A DNA stretch of 25,693 nt from Nitrospinota bacterium (lineage in GTDB: Bacteria > UBA8248), in NCBI GenBank assembly GCA_046581755.1, contig JAYGFR010000183.1, positions 1 through 25,693 of the forward strand, read 5' to 3'. Positions 18,301-25,693 of the stretch are shown piece after piece. The first letter of the stretch is position 1; each line of letters opens with the position of its first letter. Made by a program: the position numbers and the translations under genes. Below the pieces are notes generated by a model, which saw only the letters and a list, made by a program, of their open reading frames with translations, made no database searches and was not told where the DNA came from.

Positions 18301-18632
18301 AAAAAATTAATAGGTTAGGAGTGACGACAAAGTACGAACACCCCAAATTGTCCGTGTTTTGTCCGTGTTTCATGGCAAAATTTTAGCCGCCCGGGCCTCT
18401 GCAATGTATTCCACCTTGCACTCGGCGGGGATATTTGACAGGTAGGTGTGCATGGCTAATTACCAATTCACCACCCAAAAAATCTGAAATCACGTCTGGG
18501 GGGGGGCGGTATGGGTCGGTATGGGTGTGTTGTTCGGGAGGAGGATTATCTATGTCAAAAAAGTCGCATTCAGATTGGGTCAGAATCCGGGGAGTACACC
18601 GCGTTCTTGAATAACTTCGATCTATTAATCGA

Positions 18633-18658
18633 CGATAAACTTTACACCGCCGCTTACA
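18633..18658 (-). mobile_element. Isolated IS21-like terminal inverted repeat at the msrP truncation point
   Basis: The reverse strand reads TGTAAGCGGCGGTGTAAAGTTTATCG, starting exactly where MsrP homology stops. Confidence 0.5.
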
Positions 18659-19386
18659 CTGGGTTTCGGTGAAATGGATTTGCACAATGGATTTGATACT
18701 TTTAACGCCATACTTCCAGGGCACAATGAGCCGAACGGGCGCGCCATTTTGATTGGGCATTACCTTCCCATACATCCCCACCGCCAAAAGGGCCAACGGT
18801 GCATGGCTTCATCCATCCGCAAGCCTTCCCGGTAAGGCCAATTCAGGGATTTTTTTCTCTGCCCGGGCATTTGTTTGGGATCATACAGGGTCCTGAATTC
18901 CACGAACTTGGCCTTCGAGGCGGGTTCAAATTTTTTGAGAACATTCCCCAGGCCGACTCCCACCCATAGGATGACCATGAACCATGCTTCCACGCAACGA
19001 AGCCGGTATATCCGCTCCTCAAGCGCCGAGAGATCAATTACATCCTTGAGAGCTTATTTTCCTTGTTTTTTGCAGTGCCCGGATACCTCGATACTCCACG
19101 GTTTGGTAACAAGCGTGTGTGCGTTTCGGTTCGGATCTCCTTTGTCCGTTCCGAACTCGTACAAATTGTTGTAACGGGTTGAATCTTTAAATTTGGTCCA
19201 GGGCTCCTTTGTGGAAAAGACAGGATTTCTCCGAGAGTTTAATTTCTCACTGGCGTCAGATAAATCCGGCAGTGCCGAATACGTCAAACCCGCCGCCGCG
19301 CCCGTCATGAATGCTCTGCGGTTGAGATAAATTTTTTCGGGAGTGATTTCAGAAGATTGGATTTCTGAATTCGTTTTGATCAGCAC
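18659..19386 (-). pseudogene. msrP: Protein-methionine-sulfoxide reductase catalytic subunit pseudogene
   Basis: Tat leader EITPEKIYLNRRAF, then [31 protein letters not shown] and [21 protein letters not shown]. Lesions are an in-frame TAA at 19054-19056, a frameshift near 18797 and a 3' truncation. Confidence 0.92.
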
Positions 19387-19480
19387 GAAGTCCATCCTCC
19401 ACGGTAAGCATCTCTCCTCCCATACAAACAGTTAGACGCACCGAAACGGAAAAGAATCTATTATTTTGACGGAATATTGC

Positions 19481-20938
19481 TCACAGTTCCGGCGAGCGGA
19501 TAACTATCATTTTTTCGATTTGCATGTCATTCATGGTATGCGGAATGCCGCCAATGCCCAGACCCGAGCGCCCGAGCCCGGCAAACGGCATCCAATCGAC
19601 CCGAAAGGCGGTGTGGTCGTTGACCATGACCGCCGAGGCATCTAGACGGGAATAGACCCGCATGGCCATATCCAGATCGCGGGTGAATACCGAGGCCTGG
19701 AAGGCGAACTGGAGCTCATTGGCACGTCGGATCGCCTCGTCGGTATCCGCAAAGGAATAGACGCACACAACCGGCCCGAAGATTTCCTGGGCCGAAACGC
19801 TTACGTCATCGGGAGGATCCAGCAACACGGTCGGCTGGTAGCAAGTCTCGCTGAGCGCCTCGCCGCCGCACAATACGGTGGCCCCCTTGTCTCGGGCCTC
19901 TTCGACCCATTCGGCGACCCGCGTCACTTCTCGCGGACGGATTAGTGGGCCGACTTCCGTTGCCTCATCGGTCGGATCACCAATCACCAGCCTCGAGGCA
20001 TCCGAGGCCAGCCGCTGGGCGAAATCGCGGGCCACGCTTTCGTGCGCGAATACCCGCTGAACCGATACGCATACCTGACCGGCATGATAAAAGCCGCCCT
20101 TGAGAATCGACGGAAGGGCCACTTCGAGATCCGCGTCGGCCGCCAGGATTACCGGCGCCGCACCGCCGTGTTCCAGCGCGGCTCGGGTTCCGGGAGAGAG
20201 CTGCCCCCGCAGGCTCCAGCCGACCCGCGCGCTCCCGATGAAGCTGAAGAACGCCACCCGCTCGTCAGTTACCAAAGCGGTGGCAATTTCCAGGTCGGCG
20301 GTGACCATTGGCTGGCACCATTCATCGGGCAGGCCCGCTTCGCGAAGAATCTGGACAAATCGCATACATGAAAGAGGCGTATCGTCCGCCGGCTTGACCA
20401 GAACGGGGCATCCGCTCGCCACCGCCGGGCCGACCTGGTGCGCGATTAAATTGAGTGGGTGGTTGAATGCACTGACCGCGACGACCACACCGATGGGCTC
20501 CTTGCGAGTTACCGCCAAGCGGTTGCTTGAGGCGGCATTGATACCCATCGGAATCGAGGTTCCAGTATCGGTGCGCAGGGTTTCGATGCAAATTTTGATG
20601 CTGTCGATGGCGCGAGCGACCTCGACACGCGAATCGATCAGGGGTTTTCCGCCCTCGCGGGCGGCTTCGAGGGCAAGCTCGTCGGCCCGATCCGTCATGA
20701 TCGCCGCGGTGCGTTCAAGAATTTCGCTGCGCCGCGGCCCTTCCAGCCATTTGTCGCGGTCGCGGTAGAGTGCGAAGGCGGTCTCGAGCGCTTTATCCAC
20801 TGCCGCCCTGTCGGCGGTGGCGACGGCGGCGATCTCCGATCCATCGTAAGGTGCATAAACTGGAACTGGAGCGGAAGCGCTCTCGGCTCCTGGAATCATC
20901 AATTGAATTAAAGTGCCATCACCGCCTCCGTCTCTCAT
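19481..20938 (-). CDS. NAD(P)-dependent aldehyde dehydrogenase
   Basis: Motifs AFNHPL, VKPA, FIGS, LEHGG (catalytic Glu), GQVCVS (catalytic Cys) and EIFGPV. RBS GGAGAGG before ATG 20938. Confidence 0.93.
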   Translation of the reverse strand: MRDGGGDGTLIQLMIPGAESASAPVPVYAPYDGSEIAAVATADRAAVDKALETAFALYRDRDKWLEGPRRSEILERTAAIMTDRADELALEAAREGGKPLIDSRVEVARAIDSIKICIETLRTDTGTSIPMGINAASSNRLAVTRKEPIGVVVAVSAFNHPLNLIAHQVGPAVASGCPVLVKPADDTPLSCMRFVQILREAGLPDEWCQPMVTADLEIATALVTDERVAFFSFIGSARVGWSLRGQLSPGTRAALEHGGAAPVILAADADLEVALPSILKGGFYHAGQVCVSVQRVFAHESVARDFAQRLASDASRLVIGDPTDEATEVGPLIRPREVTRVAEWVEEARDKGATVLCGGEALSETCYQPTVLLDPPDDVSVSAQEIFGPVVCVYSFADTDEAIRRANELQFAFQASVFTRDLDMAMRVYSRLDASAVMVNDHTAFRVDWMPFAGLGRSGLGIGGIPHTMNDMQIEKMIVIRSPEL

Positions 20939-21004
20939 GGCTTGCCTCTCCCCTTGGTTTTTCATTGAATGCAAAAATGGCCCAATATGCTTTTATTCGG
21001 GTCT

Positions 21005-21037
21005 GCGGTAGCCCGGCTGAATTCGCCGGGCTACCGC
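21005..21037. terminator. Perfect 13-bp stem-loop downstream of the NPC-repeat gene
   Basis: GCGGTAGCCCGGC-TGAATTC-GCCGGGCTACCGC, with no clear U-tract. Confidence 0.5.
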
Positions 21038-21057
21038 CTGACTCTACCACTCTGAAG

Positions 21058-21255
21058 TTATTTCCGGGCACATGGATTGCGAGGTTTTTTGGCGGCGCAA
21101 GGATTTTTCACGGCGCAGGGATTCTTGGCCGCACTCGGATTCTGGGCCGCGCAGGGATTCTTTGCGGCACAAGGGTTTTTCGCCGCACAAGGATTTCCAG
21201 CGGCCTGGGCCCCGGCTGGAAGAGCGAGCGTGAGTGCGAAAAGAAAAGGGGGCAC
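21058..21255 (-). CDS. Small secreted-type Cys-rich (NPCAAK)n repeat peptide, probably 5'-truncated
   Basis: Hydrophobic LFALTLALPAGAQA followed by seven NP[C/S]A[A/V/R][K/Q] units (18-bp DNA repeats at 21061-21195). The start is uncertain: GTG 21255 has no RBS. Confidence 0.65.
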   Translation of the reverse strand: MPPFLFALTLALPAGAQAAGNPCAAKNPCAAKNPCAAQNPSAAKNPCAVKNPCAAKKPRNPCARK

Positions 21256-21560
21256 ATCGTCGTCAATGATTTTTTGGAGGTGCCCGGTTATCCTGAGGTA
21301 TGGGCAGCTGGACACTGCGCCCCATGTGATTGATCACAAAACGAAGCGGCCCTGCCCCCCTACGGCCTAATATGCGGTCCGGGATGGAAGATGCGTTGCT
21401 TTCAACATCCTCGCCTCGATTAACGGAAAAAAAAAACCCTCTCCTACACCTCCCTCGGAACCATAGTGGCGCTTGGCCATCACTGCGCCGTAGAGCAAGT
21501 TATTGGAATAAGAGTATCGGGATTTTTGGCCTGGATTTTATGACGAACAATCTATTGGAG
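21235..21560 (+). pseudogene. ndh: Type II NADH:quinone oxidoreductase C-terminal fragment
   Basis: GHIVVNDFLEVPGYPEVWAAGHCA / CPPTA*YAVR..AFNILASI / VALGHH..GIRVSGFLAWIL*RTIY, with frameshifts and two stop codons. Confidence 0.8.
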
Positions 21561-21772
21561 GCAGATTTGCTCCGGACACATAATTGCGTATGGAACTGGC
21601 GTTTGAATATCGCGGATTATTAATGTCCCGGATTCTCCGGCCTGCTCCCAACTTATACAAAGGTCAAGAATCCCTTGCGGAAGCACAACTGCCAACTGAA
21701 TTCTCAGGTCCTACCTCCCAACAAGATTCGAACCCGCGACCTTTGGGCCGGTTACCAGGCAGCCCTACTGAC

Positions 21773-21895
21773 GCGTCCTATGCCTTCCTAAGGCACCTGC
21801 CCGCTAAATGGCCGCTCGTATCAGGCATTCCCGAGGGGCTGTCCGTGAATTGTCCGCCTTCGTTACCTTTCGAATGAAGGGATCTTTAAATTTAA
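21773..21895 (-). repeat. ~123-bp inverted repeat, copy B (partner 18153-18274)
   Basis: Direct sequence match to copy A. On the minus strand it is followed by a degenerate tRNA T-arm (GGTCGCGGGTTCGAAT, ~21726-21741). Confidence 0.9.
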
Positions 21896-22071
21896 GAGGC
21901 TGCTGAAAAAGTCCCTTTTCAGGCCGCTATGGAACGGGCGAGTGTATACTTGAAGGGCCCCTCCCGCCCGCTGGAGTTCCATTCATGCTCAGGCGCGATT
22001 CCACGCAAAGAAGCTTCTTCGACCCGGTGCTTTATGACCGCTTGATCGAGCCGGATCACTTCCTGCGCCGC
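21896..22071 (+). mobile_element. Left end and truncated transposase start of an IS1182/IS5-like element
   Basis: The end GAGGCTGCTGAAAAAGTCC follows TTAA. After RBS GGAG, ATG 21985 encodes MLRRDSTQRSFFDPVLYDRLIEPDHFLRR (DUF772-like N-terminus); homology is then lost. Confidence 0.7.
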
Positions 22072-22461
22072 CCCGCTGGTACGCTTTTAGACTGCCCCTT
22101 TACAGCAATGACCCCTTCTCCTCCAGGCCCAACACCGCTTGCAGTCCCTCATCAGCCATAGTCGAACACCGCCCGGTAGTAATGGGCCAGCGGAAAGGCC
22201 GAGGCCACGTGAACGTGCCACCTATTGGTGTGAAAACACGACAATGGCGCAGACCTCGACGAGCCGCCTGATCAGCACATCGAGGGACGTTTTGGCGGAT
22301 CTCCTCCCGATTTCTGGAATCTCTGATGGAGGGAGTTTATGGACTGGAGAAATTTTATATTCGAAACTACTAGTTTTAATCTTTCAAATATTATCCTATT
22401 ATCAATCAACCGATATTTCCACCATCCATCAATTGCCTCTTTTGAACTAGGAGGACCCCGA

Positions 22462-22809
22462 ATGCGTCATAAAACCCCGGCCATTGTTGAGGTTCTAAAT
22501 ATTTTAGGATGGTTTTTAATCCTCACAAATGCCATAGCTCACCTACTCTTCCTGTTTTATCTATGGAAGGGCTGGAGTTATTTTTCTACCCTTCCTATAT
22601 ACCGAAATTTATTTGGGGATCCATTTCTGGGGATTGTAATTGTCGTCACGGCTTTCGTTCTCTTAGCAATTCCTAGCTATATCCTTCCTGCTATCCTCAT
22701 TGGCCAAGGAAATATGGTTGAACTTCAAAGTTCGATGAACCAACACCTAAGAAGGCTATCTGGCGATGTTGACCATTTCCTTAGGAAACAATCACAACCT
22801 TTAGGGTAA
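22462..22809 (+). CDS. Hypothetical membrane protein (2 predicted TM segments), AT-rich
   Basis: RBS AGGAGG before ATG 22462; 115 aa with two hydrophobic stretches. Confidence 0.6.
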   Translation: MRHKTPAIVEVLNILGWFLILTNAIAHLLFLFYLWKGWSYFSTLPIYRNLFGDPFLGIVIVVTAFVLLAIPSYILPAILIGQGNMVELQSSMNQHLRRLSGDVDHFLRKQSQPLG

Positions 22810-22828
22810 ATATTTCTGCCTTAGATTT

Positions 22829-24211
22829 GAGCTACTGTCAAATCTGGTGTATGGCCGTCCTGAATCAAGCGGCCTTCCTGCCCGTCTCTCTCTCGTCTAC
22901 TCCATCGATGAACTTCACATCGGCAACCACACTGGCCATCTAACGGAAGCCGCGTAGCCGACGCCATCGTTTCTGGGCGCTCATGGCGAGTTGATGCACG
23001 AGGCTCAGCGCCGTCTTCACGCTCAGGCAGTTCCTGGTCTTCACCGTTCGCAGGCGTATGGTAGCGAAGGTCGATTCGATAGGGTTGGTGGTGCGCAGGT
23101 GCTGCCAGTGAGACGCCGGGAAGTCGTAGAAGGCGAGCAGCGCCTCTCGGTCCCTCGCCAGGCAGTCGGCGGCCTTGGGGTATTTCGCCTCATAGGTGGC
23201 GAGGAAGCGCTCGAACGCCTTGTTCGCGTTCACCCGGGTATCGGACTGCCATATCTCGTGGAGCATCGACTTGGCAGCACCCTGAAGGCGTTTGGGGAAC
23301 TTGTCGAGCACGTTCGCCGTCTTGTGCACCCAACAACGCTGCGCCCGGGTTTCGGGATACACTTCAGCCAGGGCCGACCAGAACCCGAGCCCTCCATTAC
23401 CCACCGCCAGCTTCGCCGCCTTCACCCCGCGGTCGCGCAGGCTCAACAGCACCGCCTTCCAACTCTCCGCCGACTCCCGGAACCCCGCATCCAGGGCCAG
23501 GAAGTGCTTGCGCCCGTGGATGTCGTAGCCCACCACCAACAGACAGCGCCGCTCCTCGCTGCGCACGTTCACGTAAATCCCATCCGCCCACAGATATACG
23601 AACTCCTCCCCGCGCCAGTCACGCTCTCGCCATTGCGCATACTCGGATTCCCAACCCTGCTTGAGCCGCGCAATCGTCGCCGCCGACAAACCCTTCACCG
23701 ATTCGCCGAACAACGCTTGTAAGGCTTCGTCAAAATCGTTCGTCGATACCCCCTTCAGGTAAAGCCACGGAAGCACCGCCTCCACCCGCCTCGCCTTCTT
23801 CAGGTAGGGCGGCAACAATTCCGAGCGGAAACACCGACCCGCACCGGACCTGTCCCGCGTCCGGGGAACCCGTACCCGCACCGGACCGATTCCCGTCAAC
23901 ACCTCCCGCGGCGGCAGGTAGCCGTTGCGAACAACCGCCCGCCGTCCCCGAGCGTCACGCTCGACCGAATGCTCTTCCACAAAGGCCTGCAACTCCGCTT
24001 CCACGGCCTGCCGAATGATTTGCTGCGCCCCGTGGCGCACCACTTCGCTGAGTTCGTCCCGAAAGGCTGGATTCGATAAAGAAACCGTCGTATCTTCGTG
24101 CATGGTGGCGCATCTCCTCTTTCGCTGAAATTGAGTTCCTCAAAACTACATTTCAGCAGGAATGCGCCGCCTTCTTCAATTCAGCCCATACACCAGATCT
24201 GACAGTAACTC
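22829..24211 (-). mobile_element. IS256-family insertion sequence (1383 bp)
   Basis: 26-bp terminal inverted repeats GAGCTACTGTCAAATCTGGTGTATGG and GAGTTACTGTCAGATCTGGTGTATGG (24/26). No target-site duplication visible. Confidence 0.93.
22865..24103 (-). pseudogene. IS256 (Mutator) transposase, inactivated
   Basis: Motifs RNGY, YLKGVST, YLWADG, QRCWVH and TTNPIES. Premature TAG at 22940-22942, with the frame continuing (VKFIDG) to TGA at 22865. The second catalytic Asp reads Asn (AVGNG). Confidence 0.88.
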
Positions 24212-24342
24212 ATGCTACGATCAGATGATGGTAAAATAGACCCAATGAACAATTGAATGAATTTTTCTGGGCGGATAGATCGGGCTTGTTCCGCGTAGGA
24301 CCGGCGAAGGCCCAATCCGAAAACTGAATAGGAGTGAAACTG

Positions 24343-25521
24343 ATGGTCGTTAAGGCGATTCGGAATAAATCGTGGTTTGCCTACTTCCCCGGGGACTACA
24401 GGTGGTCCTTTAATGTTGTTGCCGCCATGGCCGGTGCGTCGGCTGGGGCATCGGATATTGGCGAGATTGATCAGATATGCCGCCGACTCATGCGGGACGT
24501 GGGAAATGACGGCCTATGGTTCCGCGAATGGATCCGCATGGCGGACAGATTGCGAAAGAGCGCATTATCCGAAGAGCGGATGGGCAATGCGCTCTCGGCA
24601 GCTTCCTTTCACAAGCGCGCCTCCAACTACTATCAGATGGGCGACCGCTTTCGGTTTCCGAAAGATAAAAAGGCGCTTGATGCCTATCGCTTGTCCATAG
24701 ATTCCTTCAAGCGCTATGCCCGCCTGACCGACCGACCGCGGATTCAAGTGGTGGAGATTCCCTTCGAAGGGAAAAAGAAACTCCCGGCCTATTTCGTACC
24801 GGCGGAAAAAACGCGAAAGGCGAAGCCACCCGTGGTCGTTCTCTATAACGGTTTCGACGGAACGAAAGAGATGAGCCTTAACTGGGCGGCCGACGCGTTT
24901 ACCCGGCGCGGAATGAGTTGTCTCATTGTAGACAGCCCCGGTGTGGGGGAGTCCATCCGTTTCCGGAAGATTCACCTTCGACACGATTACGAGGTGGCTG
25001 GTTCCGCCGCCCTCGACTACCTCGAAAAGCGAAAGGATGTGAATGCGAAAAGAGCGGCCATTGTGGCGCCGAGCCTGGGGGGGTATTACGCGCCCCGGAC
25101 CGCCAGCATGGAGCCCCGCTTCAAGGCCTGCGTCGCGTGGGGGGCGATATGGGATTATCACGCTACTTGGAGCAGAAGGATTAAGGCGGCTTTTCACTCT
25201 CAGCTTCCCGTTCCGGGCCACCACCTGACGTGGAGCTTCAATGTAAAGACGCTGGATGAGGCGCTGAATAAACTCGAGGGCTTTCGGCTCGATGGTGTGG
25301 TCCAGAAAATGAAATGCCCGTTTCTGCTAGTTCACGGAGTAGACGATCAGCAGATACCGATGAAGGACGCAAAGGCGCTTTATCGGGCGGTCGGCTCCAA
25401 GGACAAAACCATGAGGGTTTACAAGGGTCTCGATGGCGGTGCCCAGCATTGCCATATCGACTACATCTCGCCTGTCGTTCAATACATGGGGGACTGGCTA
25501 AAGGAAAAGCTCAAGGCTTGA
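24343..25521 (+). CDS. Alpha/beta hydrolase, 2,6-dihydroxypseudooxynicotine hydrolase/FrsA-like
   Basis: RBS AGGAG before ATG 24343. Motifs GFDGTKE, DSPGVGES, nucleophile elbow APSLGG, HGVDD and AQHCH. Confidence 0.85.
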   Translation: MVVKAIRNKSWFAYFPGDYRWSFNVVAAMAGASAGASDIGEIDQICRRLMRDVGNDGLWFREWIRMADRLRKSALSEERMGNALSAASFHKRASNYYQMGDRFRFPKDKKALDAYRLSIDSFKRYARLTDRPRIQVVEIPFEGKKKLPAYFVPAEKTRKAKPPVVVLYNGFDGTKEMSLNWAADAFTRRGMSCLIVDSPGVGESIRFRKIHLRHDYEVAGSAALDYLEKRKDVNAKRAAIVAPSLGGYYAPRTASMEPRFKACVAWGAIWDYHATWSRRIKAAFHSQLPVPGHHLTWSFNVKTLDEALNKLEGFRLDGVVQKMKCPFLLVHGVDDQQIPMKDAKALYRAVGSKDKTMRVYKGLDGGAQHCHIDYISPVVQYMGDWLKEKLKA

Positions 25522-25693
25522 TTTGCTTCTCTCGGACTAAAGAGGACTGAGATCCATATTTCCCGCCGCGTTCCGGATCAGATCCCTCGCTCCCAGAAAG
25601 ATTTCCCCTTTCAGGACCCCGAAATACCCGTCATGTGGAATGACAACCCCCCGAAACGTAAACGACACCCGGCTCTTTCGGCCATCGAAGACA

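Noticed and set aside
18011..18310. 99-aa ORF across the att-like region
   Set aside because: TTG start without an RBS; it runs through repeats and the tRNA fragment and has no recognisable domain.
18421..18440. GTCAAATATCCCCG (minus strand) resembling the start of an IS200/IS605-type hairpin end or omega-RNA
   Set aside because: The complementary half of the hairpin is absent and no TnpA/TnpB/IscB ORF is present.
21061..21195. 18-bp tandem repeats as a CRISPR array
   Set aside because: There are no spacers and no cas genes; the period is a multiple of three and encodes a peptide repeat.
21715..21772. Minus-strand tRNA gene
   Set aside because: Only a degenerate T-arm-like segment is present, with no CCA end, anticodon arm or D-arm.
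22940..22942. Pyrrolysine or amber readthrough in the IS256 transposase
   Set aside because: The same gene carries a catalytic D-to-N change and no pyl genes are visible; simple decay is more parsimonious.
25639..25693. Possible ORF start at the window edge
   Set aside because: Too short to evaluate and no clear RBS.

Overview
GC-rich bacterial accessory region; the taxon cannot be assigned from the sequence. Bases ~1-17.6 kb hold a catabolic gene set: a PPOX-family protein, a xanthine-dehydrogenase-family Mo subunit with an in-frame TGA, a DUF6282-like metallohydrolase, an ACMSD-like amidohydrolase, two divergent UbiD (prFMN) decarboxylases (one with a C-terminal winged-helix-like extension), a tandem EthD/DUF4286-like protein, a group A flavin monooxygenase, a TAXI/TRAP transporter, a NicF-like isochorismatase-family amidase and an SdhA/NadB-family flavoprotein with an altered active site. 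Together these suggest an uncharacterised pathway for carboxylated (N-hetero)aromatics (inference). Bases ~17.8-24.2 kb are a decay and integration hotspot: an orphan attP-like site built on a tRNA-Val 3' end whose left part recurs as a ~122-bp inverted copy 3.5 kb away, several 11-bp-period arm-type repeats, msrP and ndh pseudogenes, an intact aldehyde dehydrogenase, a secreted-type (NPCAAK)n Cys-repeat peptide, IS1182-like and IS21-like remnants, and a doubly inactivated IS256. An alpha/beta hydrolase closes the window. Several MITE-like derivatives of a TGT...ACA-ended transposon, and a 33-bp palindromic end unit, are scattered through the window.
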